Sequence record: LC727697.1
Direction: 5' to 3' (one strand)
Source of the DNA: Pseudomonas phage sp. 30-2
DNA length: 64,000 nucleotides
The notes beneath the pieces were generated by a model. It saw only the letters and a list, made by a program, of their open reading frames with translations, did not search any database and was not told the DNA's origin. Positions 29,656 to 40,276 of the stretch are shown here, one piece after another. The stretch's first letter is position 1. The number at the start of each line of letters is the position of its first letter. A program made the position numbers and the translations under genes.

Positions 29656-30085
29656 TATTATATTTCTTTATATAAGATATTACTTCTGGATGTACTAAAT
29701 AATTTTTGGATGGATACACAAAAAACGAACCATTCAGTGTATTGTCGTATTTAAAAAAGTAATAGTTTGATAATTGTGTACCAAAATCATAAAAATTCAT
29801 TGATATAAGATTACATTTTGCTACAGAAATAATTCCTTTTGTATTACAGGCAATAAAATAATCCTCGTCGAGTGGCATGTCAATCGATATAGTGCAATAA
29901 TCCATGCTTAAGAGACGTTCAAATCTATATGCTCCTATAGTTGTACCTGCTAAATTACTTAACAGAAGTATTTCCGATAGATGATGTTTATGAACACATT
30001 TAAAGAAGACATAGAATCTTATATATTTTATATAAGCAACTTCGTTAAGGAACGCATAAATTGCGTTATACAGCTTTTTAAGCAT
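29615..30085 (-). CDS. hypothetical protein
   Basis: ORF. Confidence 0.45.
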   Translation of the reverse strand: MLKKLYNAIYAFLNEVAYIKYIRFYVFFKCVHKHHLSEILLLSNLAGTTIGAYRFERLLSMDYCTISIDMPLDEDYFIACNTKGIISVAKCNLISMNFYDFGTQLSNYYFFKYDNTLNGSFFVYPSKNYLVHPEVISYIKKYNNESLYKRTTYLPG

Positions 30086-30154
30086 AAGCGTATATAAGCT
30101 CTAGTGTTACATGTTTTTGTAGCATACGCGCAAATTAACGCGCAGTAAAGCGCG

Positions 30155-30460
30155 TTATTGTGTTAACTTTTTAAGTATAAGTAATTCTGTGTGTTCAGCT
30201 AGAGTGTATGTTGGCTGGTCAGCTTCTACATACTGAACAATTTCACATTCGTTGTATATGTCTTGTAAAACCGGGTTATTACGAATAGTAGTAAGATGAG
30301 ATCTAAGTTTACCTAAAGTATTGAATACTTTTCCCGGACCAGAAGTTACAAACGCCGGACTGGAAGACCCTGTGCTAAATGCACCGTCAGAAATGCGACG
30401 AATTCTATATAGTGCGCCTTTCGGTTCATATACTTTGCTATAATTAATTTTTTTCGTCAA
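30155..30460 (-). CDS. hypothetical protein
   Basis: ORF. Confidence 0.45.
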   Translation of the reverse strand: MTKKINYSKVYEPKGALYRIRRISDGAFSTGSSSPAFVTSGPGKVFNTLGKLRSHLTTIRNNPVLQDIYNECEIVQYVEADQPTYTLAEHTELLILKKLTQ

Positions 30461-30968
30461 TTGAAATATCTCCTGTATATTTGTCCCAGCTAGTATGTAC
30501 GGTATTATCTTTTAAATCGTTTAACTTATGACACCATACTCCTTCGTTAGTTTCATCAAAACCTATATCATCTATCTTTAATATAGTGTTTTTATTGTAT
30601 TCGGATATATTTGGTATTTTTGCACTTATAATAGGAATAAATTTATCATACTTAGATAAATCCATTTCTAAAATTGCAGAAGAATTGCATATATCAAAAT
30701 CTAAAGTACACCAAAATCCTTTATTTAAGCAATGCAGTATCATTTGTTTCCATTTAATTACTTCTGTTATATCTATTTTGTGTAGAGGGAAACTTTGGTT
30801 AGCACCGAAATATATATGTTTACAGTTATGTTTCAGTGCATTACTTACTACTTCGTCACCGGCTTGGGGACCAGCAACAAAAAGTGTTTTTTCACCGTAT
30901 ACTGGAGTATGTTCGACTTCTGTTCCTATAAAATAAATTACTTCTTTTCTATCCATTGTTAGTTCCAA
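30444..30968 (-). CDS. hypothetical protein (weak nucleoside 2-deoxyribosyltransferase/DNPH1-like LFVAGP..E signature)
   Basis: KTLFVAGPQAGDE resembles the IYLAGPFF..E motif; weak. Confidence 0.4.
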   Translation of the reverse strand: MELTMDRKEVIYFIGTEVEHTPVYGEKTLFVAGPQAGDEVVSNALKHNCKHIYFGANQSFPLHKIDITEVIKWKQMILHCLNKGFWCTLDFDICNSSAILEMDLSKYDKFIPIISAKIPNISEYNKNTILKIDDIGFDETNEGVWCHKLNDLKDNTVHTSWDKYTGDISIDEKN

Positions 30969-31861
30969 ATAATATAACCATAATTATAATGTTTCGGGCG
31001 ATTAATCCCTGTACTGAATGCACTTTTCCATTCAGTGTCTCTTTTATATCCCTTAGTCCAAAATTTATTAGGATCAAAGATTTTAGTTTCTACTATTCTA
31101 CATGCATCATTTAATGATTCGTAAAATTTATTATTATCGGGACTAGGGAAATTTATTGTAACAGATTTATGTGCTAATAGATTTAAATCTATTAAAGTTG
31201 GTTTACCTGCGGCACCTATTATTAATAAGGAATTCGTATTCAATATATTATTTGTTAAGGGTGTGTTTAAACCCTGCAGATCAAACACTATGTCATACAA
31301 GTGAATCGGTAGAGTATTATACAACGATTTATTAAAGATAGATTTATTATGAGATCCAACAACATATATTCTATTAGGATCAATATCGTGTTCTTTTGTT
31401 AAGACAGTATACAGTACAGATGCAACAAAACCAGATCCTAGAATAAGTATTTTACCTTCGTTTCTATTTAACTCTACGAATTTGTTCCAATTTTGTGTTA
31501 TTAAATTTAATGATCGAGCAATTGGTTCTAAAATATATCTAGGAGAACATTTAGGGATTTTTACATATTCTTCTGTTTTACAATTATAAAAATCTGAATA
31601 TAAATGATTCGTAGTTGTGGCTACAAAATCTCCCACTTTTACATCAGTAATTTTAGATCCAACTTTTGTTACTATACCTACACTTTCACAACCATATTTG
31701 TTACTAGCATAAGTTGTTTGGTTATAAATTACATTTAAATCATTATTGGAAACACCTACATATTTTGTTTTAACTTCAATTTCTGTATTTTTTATATCGG
31801 GCTTATCCCATACTGTTTCTTCGAATACATTGTTTATGGGATGAAAATAACGGACCTTCAT
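30959..31861 (-). CDS. medium-chain dehydrogenase/reductase-like oxidoreductase
   Basis: ILGSGFVAS Rossmann GxGxxA/G after an N-terminal GroES-like region. Confidence 0.55.
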   Translation of the reverse strand: MKVRYFHPINNVFEETVWDKPDIKNTEIEVKTKYVGVSNNDLNVIYNQTTYASNKYGCESVGIVTKVGSKITDVKVGDFVATTTNHLYSDFYNCKTEEYVKIPKCSPRYILEPIARSLNLITQNWNKFVELNRNEGKILILGSGFVASVLYTVLTKEHDIDPNRIYVVGSHNKSIFNKSLYNTLPIHLYDIVFDLQGLNTPLTNNILNTNSLLIIGAAGKPTLIDLNLLAHKSVTINFPSPDNNKFYESLNDACRIVETKIFDPNKFWTKGYKRDTEWKSAFSTGINRPKHYNYGYIIWN

Positions 31862-32727
31862 TATAAATTCTCTATTTGTTTAAGTATCCATTCATCTATT
31901 AAATAATGATAACTCCAAAATCCTTCGTTACTTAAATTTTGTACACAGTTAGATATCATCCGAGAGTATGATGATTCTTCATTATAATCTATATCGAATA
32001 AACTACTAGTATCGTCATTTAAAATGAATTCTATATTTTTTACATCAGTTTTATTACTTTTCCAGTCAGCTTCTAAATTACATATTATTTTAGATCGATA
32101 CGACACATTAAAATAATCGTCTACATCGTAAATTAAACCAGGACCCGGTATATATTTTTTTATATCTGATAATGACAAATTACGTTTTAATATTGTCTCT
32201 GTTGCTACAGATTCTGCAAAATCATCATTTAATAAAACAAATATACTTAGTAAATGAGGCAATATATCTCTGCTTGTTCCGCCGAACGAAAAACCCTTAA
32301 TTGTGTTCCAGTAATCTAAAGAATTTAATTTGTTTTTATTAAGACATTTTATATTAATTGCTTTTGTATCTGGTATTAATTTTTTAAAATCAGAAATATT
32401 AGAATTCCACATATTATTTTTTAATAAAATAAATCTAGTATACGGAAATTCTTTTTTAATATCTTCCCATTCTTGTGCCGATCTAAAACCATTTATGTCT
32501 ATGAAAACAATTTTACATCTCGAAGCACAAAGTTTTGCTATTTCGTATTGAAAATGAGTAGATGTACGTACAAAAGCAGTAAAGAAATCTTTAGAATTAA
32601 GTTCTTCTTCTATTTTATCGAACTCTACTATATCATCTACTTGTATAGTAGTTGTTATAAATCCTAAATTCGACAGTGTTGTTTCGTATAAAAGATCTTT
32701 TTTTGTTTTTATAATTATACTATTCAT
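31861..32727 (-). CDS. hypothetical protein
   Basis: ORF. Confidence 0.5.
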   Translation of the reverse strand: MNSIIIKTKKDLLYETTLSNLGFITTTIQVDDIVEFDKIEEELNSKDFFTAFVRTSTHFQYEIAKLCASRCKIVFIDINGFRSAQEWEDIKKEFPYTRFILLKNNMWNSNISDFKKLIPDTKAINIKCLNKNKLNSLDYWNTIKGFSFGGTSRDILPHLLSIFVLLNDDFAESVATETILKRNLSLSDIKKYIPGPGLIYDVDDYFNVSYRSKIICNLEADWKSNKTDVKNIEFILNDDTSSLFDIDYNEESSYSRMISNCVQNLSNEGFWSYHYLIDEWILKQIENL

Positions 32728-32729
32728 GG

Positions 32730-33140
32730 TTATATTTTTAGTTTTTCTTTATCTCTGTCTATTAACAGAATATTTCTTTTTTCTTTTAATTTAGTTTTAC
32801 CAAATTCTGTTAATTTATTAGTATACACTATTTTTGCCCTACATACAATAAAGGCAACAGACAACCCGTTATTCTTTAGGATGTCTGGTTTGTTTTCAAC
32901 AGAATATGTTATATTTTTATTATTTTCTTTGTACGAAATAATCCATTCGTATAAATTAGTATTAGTATCAGAAAATTTAGTTGTTATTAAATTTTGTGCA
33001 GAATCTATTAAACACGAGAATATACAATAATTTTGATATCCATTTAATACACTATGCATATCTGTTTGTTCTGGTTTACAAGAAACAAACGTATTTAGAT
33101 ATTTTTTAGCGTCTGTATAATTTTTGAAAATCTTCATCAT
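32730..33140 (-). CDS. hypothetical protein
   Basis: ORF. Confidence 0.45.
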   Translation of the reverse strand: MMKIFKNYTDAKKYLNTFVSCKPEQTDMHSVLNGYQNYCIFSCLIDSAQNLITTKFSDTNTNLYEWIISYKENNKNITYSVENKPDILKNNGLSVAFIVCRAKIVYTNKLTEFGKTKLKEKRNILLIDRDKEKLKI

Positions 33141-33663
33141 TCATGAATACACTAGAACTTACTGATCCGTATAAATCTGCCAGTATCATATCTTCTTTGA
33201 GTTTATGTTTTAGGTAAAATGTTATTAATATAAATACCGGGTGAGACAGTTTAGATAAATCTATTTTAGTATTTTTAACATTATCTACATAAATAAATTT
33301 TCCATTATTATGTAAATATACACCGTTTTTATTTACAAAGATGTGTATAGTTTCGTCATCTTTTAAAGAATAAATAAAACCATCATTTGTTATTTTCCAA
33401 GTTGTGTCAAAGTGACCAATATTTCTAAAAATAGAGAATATACTTAAAGCACAATTAAAAAAATTTCCAGATGAACACGCTGCTAGTTCTGCAATAAACA
33501 AAATTATAAGCATAGTGACAAAATAAAAACACGCCGGCCACACATTTTGTTCTGAAAAAAGGAAATATATTACAGACGTAAGAATTAAAGGTATAACTAT
33601 AAACGTTGTTATAGAACTTTTTATATTTCTATCTAAAAAAGCAAACCTAACACAATGATTCAT
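33106..33663 (-). CDS. membrane protein (two TM helices)
   Basis: hydrophobic segments FIVIPLILTSVIYFLF and LIILFIAELAAC. Confidence 0.45.
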   Translation of the reverse strand: MNHCVRFAFLDRNIKSSITTFIVIPLILTSVIYFLFSEQNVWPACFYFVTMLIILFIAELAACSSGNFFNCALSIFSIFRNIGHFDTTWKITNDGFIYSLKDDETIHIFVNKNGVYLHNNGKFIYVDNVKNTKIDLSKLSHPVFILITFYLKHKLKEDMILADLYGSVSSSVFMNDEDFQKLYRR

Positions 33664-33706
33664 ACCGTATCTCCGGAAAGTAGCATCCTTGCTACTTTAT
33701 TGTGTA

Positions 33707-34861
33707 TTAAATATCACTGTACTTTTCGTTATACAGCCGCCGGAATTTTGCATTCCGTTTCAGTACAGTTGTCTCTGCATATTCTCGCCAACCATCTTTT
33801 TTGAATTTAATCAGATCGGCAATTTTAATTACCATACGCAAGCTAAGTTCTCGCAGATCATTCTGGTTATCGATAATATATTCTAGGATTTCTTCATCTT
33901 CTCCGTTATTAAATTCATATTTACTAAGCATCCCGTCGCGCACAACTTGTTTAATGCGAAGGATCTGGTCTCTCGTACTACTAATTTCCATGTCTAAATA
34001 ATGACACCGGGACATAATTGCTTCTAGGTGCCTTCCAATTCGGGACTTTGTATCCTCGAAGTTAAGGTTAGTAAGGAAAATTACACTACCTTCGAAATCG
34101 AATTTAGGTGGAATATCATTTTCTTTTAAAACGCGGGACTCACTAAGCCAGTAAATAGTTCTACGCTTAGTAGTATCTAATGCACCTTTAAGGAGATTTA
34201 GACTATCTTCGTCAAATAGTACGCGGTCGCAATCATCGAAAATAAGGATTTTACCTTTATCTTTAAATTCGTAAAGCTTTTGGTAAACACCAATTGCACT
34301 TGCAGCGCCCTTTACGATCTCAAACGGTTCTTTATTATCTTTAATTTTATCCAACAAGAAACACCTGTTTAGTGTTTCTTCTACGCCGAAGCTTTTTCCG
34401 ATTCCGGGAGGACCGGAGATGATCATAGAACGGATTTCGCCTGCCGCAGCAGCCTCTGTTAGTTCATTTACAATCTCAAAAGTCCGTTTGATACGATTCA
34501 TTGCATCGTTTTCGGATTCTAGTTGCTGGTATTGCTTTTCGTAGTCAATTTCTACTGCGGTGCCTTCATACACTGTACCGCGACTAGATGCAGGAACATT
34601 ATTATTATTTTCGCCCACAAAAGGACGTATAACATTAGGCAAATCTAAAACCTCTCCTTGTTCGTTCGAATACTGTACTGTTGCGTCATTACCGAGTGTA
34701 ACTCTACATTTATGTTGAGACCATTCCGGCAATGCACCTAATACGTTAATAACTCGTTTTCCCGACCCAGTAACTTTCACATCTTCGAGTAAAAGGAATG
34801 TGCCGTTTACTTGCTGGTTACGGTACATTCCGTTAGTGATAGTTACGTACATCTGACTCAT
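33707..34861 (-). CDS. AAA+ ATPase with clamp-loader (RFC/gp44)-like motifs and about 140-aa N-terminal extension
   Basis: Walker A GPPGIGKS, Walker B ILIFDDCD, sensor-1 VIFLTN, SRC motif IMSRCHYL. Confidence 0.6.
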   Translation of the reverse strand: MSQMYVTITNGMYRNQQVNGTFLLLEDVKVTGSGKRVINVLGALPEWSQHKCRVTLGNDATVQYSNEQGEVLDLPNVIRPFVGENNNNVPASSRGTVYEGTAVEIDYEKQYQQLESENDAMNRIKRTFEIVNELTEAAAAGEIRSMIISGPPGIGKSFGVEETLNRCFLLDKIKDNKEPFEIVKGAASAIGVYQKLYEFKDKGKILIFDDCDRVLFDEDSLNLLKGALDTTKRRTIYWLSESRVLKENDIPPKFDFEGSVIFLTNLNFEDTKSRIGRHLEAIMSRCHYLDMEISSTRDQILRIKQVVRDGMLSKYEFNNGEDEEILEYIIDNQNDLRELSLRMVIKIADLIKFKKDGWREYAETTVLKRNAKFRRLYNEKYSDI

Positions 34862-34963
34862 AAATGCTACTCCTAGCTATGTTTTTAAACATGCTACAAG
34901 TATAGTGCTATCCAACAAATGAGTCAACCTAGGGTTAACCTAGAGTTAGGTTGGTTAGCTGTC

Positions 34964-35161
34964 TTACGCAAGTTCTTGTGAACTTTTTTGTTTTGCAATA
35001 ATTCTTTCTTGTTTAGTTCCTACCGAAACAGGTCGAACTTCCCATAGTTCGCATGATTTAGCACTACAATTTTCTACTTGTTGGCGCCAACTACCGGTAG
35101 ACTCAGGATCATAAATGCATCCTTTGCAGAATTCATCAATGCATTTTCTTAGACCTGCCAT
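34964..35161 (-). CDS. small Cys-rich protein
   Basis: ORF, CxxC pairs. Confidence 0.4.
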   Translation of the reverse strand: MAGLRKCIDEFCKGCIYDPESTGSWRQQVENCSAKSCELWEVRPVSVGTKQERIIAKQKSSQELA

Positions 35162-35163
35162 TT

Positions 35164-35373
35164 TTAGCTCCTCGTTTGTATCAGTTTATTAATAAGCAAA
35201 TAAGATAGTAAACTTATTATCCATACTATAGCAATTGTTATAACTAATGTAATAAAGAACGATGCAGGAAGAAACAAAATAACACAGGGAAGCAATGCAA
35301 ATAAAAATGCCTGTACCTTTACTAGTGTTTGTAAGTCTGATAATATTAATAGTAATATATAACGAATTTTCAT
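35164..35373 (-). CDS. small membrane protein
   Basis: two hydrophobic helices. Confidence 0.4.
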   Translation of the reverse strand: MKIRYILLLILSDLQTLVKVQAFLFALLPCVILFLPASFFITLVITIAIVWIISLLSYLLINKLIQTRS

Positions 35374-35588
35374 AAAAAGTTTTCCGGTACTAAATGTATT
35401 TCCATTACCCTTACATTACTATCGCCAAACTTTTTCTTACAAGATTCTAATATAGATGATATTTTAGAAATATCATATTCTACAACCGGAGAATCCTGAT
35501 AATTTATCCATGTGCATGATTTCCAATTATTATCTGTAACTACGACAATATAACATTTAGACGGAGATATTTTAGATATAGCATTCAT
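35370..35588 (-). CDS. small protein, tandem paralog 1
   Basis: similar to 35585..35806 (C-termini EIHLVPENFL / EVYIVPEKVL). Confidence 0.45.
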   Translation of the reverse strand: MNAISKISPSKCYIVVVTDNNWKSCTWINYQDSPVVEYDISKISSILESCKKKFGDSNVRVMEIHLVPENFL

Positions 35589-35806
35589 AACACCTTCTCC
35601 GGGACAATATATACTTCTGCTATTTTTATTTCAGCATCCGGCCATTCGTTTTTACAATTGTCAAATTCATCATTTAAAACTACCGGATTGTCTACCAACA
35701 TATATTGATCGTCTAGCGATACCCAGCTAAATCTAGTATCGCCTGGATGACGCACAACTATGCAATATCCTTTAATGGGCGGAAGTTCTTTAATTACGTT
35801 TACCAT
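35585..35806 (-). CDS. small protein, tandem paralog 2
   Basis: paralog of 35370..35588. Confidence 0.45.
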   Translation of the reverse strand: MVNVIKELPPIKGYCIVVRHPGDTRFSWVSLDDQYMLVDNPVVLNDEFDNCKNEWPDAEIKIAEVYIVPEKVL

Positions 35807-36483
35807 AAATTACGTGCATGATTAATGATGTTTTTATTACTATACACTATTTTTAATAAAATACTATTTTGTTTCATACAGGAAACAGGTGTGCTTTTTA
35901 TATATATGCCTATTTTTGTCGTTTTATACATAAAATAAGTCAAAATTTTGAATAGTATAATTCTATTAAAATAGCTTGTGTCATAAATTGCAAACATTAT
36001 AAAATTATATTATAAATCTTGAATAACATATAATAAAACAGATGAAAGAATTATATTCTTTCATCATTTGAGTATGACACAGAAAACTAATTATAATGGA
36101 ATTCTTCTAAAGCACATAATAACTAATTAGTTTTATATACGGCAAGTATCAATGCATAATAATATAGGTAGTGTCGATTCAATACAAAACATAGTTTGAT
36201 GTATATTCTCTATATAATTTGGTTTGTTATTACACTATAGCGTATATAACTGTATACATTAATAATCGATTATGCAGATTAATGAAACTAAAAAATATAG
36301 ACACAAATATTATGTGTCTCAATTTATCATATTTGCTATATCCCGAGACGTATTAAATATAAAGAAAAATAACCATTTATTGACAAATGTAATTAGTAAA
36401 TGTATTTCTATAAAATATAGTTATCGTACAGATATTATTAATTATAATCTGAATATCTAAAACCGAATACCATATAATCAAAT

Positions 36484-36510
36484 AAAAACCCTACATTTGT
36501 AGGGTTTTTA
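36484..36510. terminator. bidirectional hairpin terminator
   Basis: aaaaaccctacatttgtagggttttta. Confidence 0.6.
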
Positions 36511-36552
36511 ATGACTTTAAGATTATAAAAGAAATAGACAAAATAGTTTTAT

Positions 36553-36653
36553 ATGAAATTGTTTAAATTAAAATTACAAAATGATATTGTTTAATATATT
36601 TCCATTTTAAATCACGAAATAGTATTTTAAATTAAAATCACAAAATGACATTT
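36553..36653. repeat. iteron-like direct repeats (TTAAATTAAAAT(T/C)ACAAAATGA)
   Basis: two about 29-bp copies at 36553 and 36624, plus a partial copy. Confidence 0.6.
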
Positions 36654-36766
36654 AAAAATAATATTTAAAATTATATTTTATAGATTGATTTTCAAAAACA
36701 CATTTCAAAATATAAAATTGAAAATACAAATTGCAATTTTAAACAGCGAAGCAAGCTTCACTGGTA

Positions 36767-36816
36767 GTTATTAAGTATATTCGTTTTCGTAAACTACAAC
36801 TCATATACTTAATAAC
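36767..36816. repeat. 14-bp-stem inverted repeat (gttattaagtatat / atatacttaataac) with 22-nt loop
   Basis: perfect 14-bp arms. Confidence 0.7.
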
Positions 36817-36850
36817 TAATTAAACGAATTTTATATATTAATTATTAATG

Positions 36851-37613
36851 CTTTTGATCTTATGATATTCGGGCGGAGAAGATTTCCTCCCCGTTTGGGA
36901 AGGAAATCGTAATAACAGAAACGTATGTTTCGGTATGGTACGAAGTTTAGTGTACGTTGGGAAGTGCAATCCCTGAGGCGGGCACCGATAGGTAATTCCT
37001 CATTGTAAACGCATCCTCTTACTCATATATACAGTTGCTACTAATGCTTACTGTCTCGCATCACTGCATATACTTTCAATGCCGGAATAAACTATAGCCA
37101 CACTAACAAAAACTATAGTCTATTGATGTTGGTGTTTCAACTTTCAGCCATACGGAATCTATACTGAAAGATTTATAGAAACTCTGTTTCAACCAGAGCA
37201 TCATCCTTTCCGTGTAGTAGTTGAGGCATATATTCTATGCCGTGGTTAGACCAACATCCTACACAAGTTTCGAGATTATATGCGGTTCTTACTAAGTCCT
37301 TTTAGTAAGTACAATCTCTGTGGCACCCAAAATCATAATTTAAATAACTGTTAAAACGTTAACCCGACACTATCGGAACTACAATAACAGCACGATGGGG
37401 ATAGTTTCTACTATCAATATCCAATAACGGAACAGAGCCACTTGTCTGTATATACATATAGCACTATCGTATATACATTTCTTACGCAAGCGCACAGTTT
37501 ACTAAAAGACAATACCAATGTCAAGTGCCTAATTACCACATTTTGTTACCAAACACAGTTGACTATTGAATATACATATTTTATAGTATGGTAAAAATTT
37601 TTACGGTATACGT
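36851..37613. other. about 760-bp ORF-free, GC-elevated region with multiple hairpins: candidate structured ncRNA or intron/origin remnant
   Basis: no ORF of 60 aa or more on either strand; 10-bp stem hairpin at 36881..36908; composition departs from flanks. Confidence 0.35.
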
Positions 37614-38507
37614 ATGGATATTAGCTATATTAAAGCTTTAGGCGAATTAGAATATTTTATTAAATTTAGAAAAAATAAAGAAATAACAATTGCTAATAAT
37701 TCAGCTAAAGATGCACTAATTGCAGTCTGTAATTCTATTGACGTTGAATATATACCGTTCAATGCTACTGTATTGAATGTTCTTATGGAAATTAAAAGTC
37801 CAAAATTAATAAACTTTATATCAAGTAATTATTCATCTTCTATTAGTGAATATAACAGATCTATAAGTAAAGAAGATTTATATCTTGTCAGGCAATGTAT
37901 TGGAAAATTTTCAAATTCAATGTTTCCTATGAAAGTTCCTATAACATGTCATAAATTATTTTATGTTGTTTTAAAGAATTTAAAACCGAGAAAAGCATTA
38001 TCTAAAGATATAATAACGCAATTGTGTACCATACAATCTTTACCTGATTTAAACATAGTAAGACTTATTTTAAAAGAATTAAAACGACATAACGTTTTGT
38101 TGAATAAAAGAGTATTTAATTTTTTTTGTAGTAAAAGATATTCTGTTTTTGAAGAATATGTAAAATTTGTAGGGTTTGATACTATTTCTAAAAATAAACA
38201 ATATCACTGGTTTCTTTTTGAAAGGATGTCTTCGCTATTCTATATGCATAAAGCAAATGGTCAGACAATGTCTACTGATAGTTGTATTAAATTTCTTAAA
38301 AATATAGATTGGTCTTATATAGCAGGACGACATATATTGACTATATTTTCGAGGAATGTGTTGCATAGTAATTCTATAAAATATTTAGATCATATAAATC
38401 TCGATTTTTTGCCGTATTCGTACTGGAACAAACTTATAAAGATCTTCCCTCATTTGGCTGGGTCAGAACAACATGTACTAGCAAAACTTAAAGGTCCCCG
38501 AAACTAA
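37614..38507 (+). CDS. hypothetical protein
   Basis: first gene of plus-strand module. Confidence 0.5.
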   Translation: MDISYIKALGELEYFIKFRKNKEITIANNSAKDALIAVCNSIDVEYIPFNATVLNVLMEIKSPKLINFISSNYSSSISEYNRSISKEDLYLVRQCIGKFSNSMFPMKVPITCHKLFYVVLKNLKPRKALSKDIITQLCTIQSLPDLNIVRLILKELKRHNVLLNKRVFNFFCSKRYSVFEEYVKFVGFDTISKNKQYHWFLFERMSSLFYMHKANGQTMSTDSCIKFLKNIDWSYIAGRHILTIFSRNVLHSNSIKYLDHINLDFLPYSYWNKLIKIFPHLAGSEQHVLAKLKGPRN

Positions 38508-39466
38508 TGAAAAAATCAGTATCACACATGTTATCACAAATTGACTGGAATTCGGTAGAACGAAACGATATAGAATATATATTAGAAAGTTCTATTAGAT
38601 ATGACATACCGTTAGAACATTCATCAGATGCACACTATGCATTATCATCGTTTTTTAACAATGATAATTTATCTACTAGTCTTTATGCATTTAAGAATAG
38701 TACACAGTTTGATGGGTTATGCAGAGCATTGCATGAATTTCTTATAAAAGACATTACTATTTTGTTTAATGAAAAAATAATTAATGAGTTTAAATCTAAA
38801 TTCAACAGTAAACCTATTGTAAATAATGTGGCAGCTAGGTACAGTGACTGTATTCCATTGATGCTGTGTTTAAATAAAATAGATGTGTCTGATTTACATA
38901 ATTTAAAAACATATAAAAATTATGATAAATTATATGCCAGTGTAATAGATAAACATATTAAACGTCTGTGTAGTATGGCAAATCTCGTATTTACTTATAA
39001 TTCATTTTCGTATTATTACCATTTGCCGCCAGCAATTAAACATACAGTATCTGACTTTAATAAGTCTAATAAATTGTGTCCTAAATATGCTTTAGATACA
39101 GTAAACGATCTTAAGCAAATATTTACTTTAGATACAATAAAAAACGATATAATAAAAAATAAGTACATTTCTAAATCTGATGTATACAATATTGTTAACT
39201 TTTTTGAAATTAACGAAAACGATATATCGGATGAACTTTCTTCTAAAGAATTTGTACACGGCACTCCGTTTACAGGTGCTAACTTAGTAGCATTTGCTAA
39301 GAAATATACGACAACCTTTAAGCCTATAGTACCTAAGCATCTCGAAAAATTAACAAAAACTAGTTGGTCAGAAATGTTTAAGATGTATCCTGAATTAAAA
39401 AATAACGAAGAATATTTTATGTATATTTTATCTACAGGCAAAGGAAAAAGAAAAACAAATGAATAA
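38507..39466 (+). CDS. hypothetical protein
   Basis: ATGA start/stop overlap. Confidence 0.5.
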   Translation: MKKSVSHMLSQIDWNSVERNDIEYILESSIRYDIPLEHSSDAHYALSSFFNNDNLSTSLYAFKNSTQFDGLCRALHEFLIKDITILFNEKIINEFKSKFNSKPIVNNVAARYSDCIPLMLCLNKIDVSDLHNLKTYKNYDKLYASVIDKHIKRLCSMANLVFTYNSFSYYYHLPPAIKHTVSDFNKSNKLCPKYALDTVNDLKQIFTLDTIKNDIIKNKYISKSDVYNIVNFFEINENDISDELSSKEFVHGTPFTGANLVAFAKKYTTTFKPIVPKHLEKLTKTSWSEMFKMYPELKNNEEYFMYILSTGKGKRKTNE

Positions 39467-40205
39467 CAAAATTTATATAGAAAAAGAAGATTTGAAAGAA
39501 ATCTTATTAAATACGTATAATTGCAAAAAACATAACATCGTAAAACTAATAGAGAATAATTATTCTAATGACGACGAACTACTGTATCATGCTGCTGTAG
39601 ATGCATCTACAGCAGCAAAAACTAGATTAGTTTCTAAAATGTCAGACAAGTTTGTTGCTAGACATATACACACATTCGGCGATAGTATTCCAAACGAGCG
39701 GTTAAAAACTATTGTTAGTATTCACCCTAAAGTGTTAATGAAGTATATACAAGTCTGGCATAATACTCCATACTATCGTGTAATTTATTATAATTCTAAA
39801 GACTGTATAAAACGTATGGCAAAAATATTAACAGATTTAGATTTAAACTCAATAGTATATAATACACCTATTCCTGAACAATTATTTAAAATTTCGTTTA
39901 GAACAAAATTTATTGAATTTGTAGCAAATAACAATATAGATAACATTAAACCTTGCCTTGTAATTTCTGAAATATGTAATAATAAATTGCCTAAATCTAG
40001 GGAAACTGAAACATTATTGAATAAAATACAATTAACTGGCACTGATGCTATTAGATTAATGAAAGTTGATCCCGAATATTACCATATAGCAGATAAAAAT
40101 AAAACAATGCCTATGAGTTTTCATAAAAAAGTAAAGCAATTATTTCCAAATTACTATGACGAATTAGCACATTGTATGTCAATTTTGGTAAGAAAAGGTA
40201 AGTAA
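39459..40205 (+). CDS. hypothetical protein
   Basis: ORF. Confidence 0.5.
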   Translation: MNNKIYIEKEDLKEILLNTYNCKKHNIVKLIENNYSNDDELLYHAAVDASTAAKTRLVSKMSDKFVARHIHTFGDSIPNERLKTIVSIHPKVLMKYIQVWHNTPYYRVIYYNSKDCIKRMAKILTDLDLNSIVYNTPIPEQLFKISFRTKFIEFVANNNIDNIKPCLVISEICNNKLPKSRETETLLNKIQLTGTDAIRLMKVDPEYYHIADKNKTMPMSFHKKVKQLFPNYYDELAHCMSILVRKGK

Positions 40206-40209
40206 TGCT

Positions 40210-40235
40210 AAAGGGGAATTTAATTCCCCTTTTAA
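40210..40235 (+). terminator. rho-independent terminator
   Basis: aaaggggaatttaattccccttttaa. Confidence 0.65.
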
Positions 40236-40276
40236 TTTATATATAAGATAAATATCCATATTAAGGACTATTTTTT

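Noticed and set aside
36272-36460. 62-aa plus ORF in the ORF-free divergent region
   Set aside because: Isolated, no RBS, extremely AT-rich low-complexity translation. Treated as noise.
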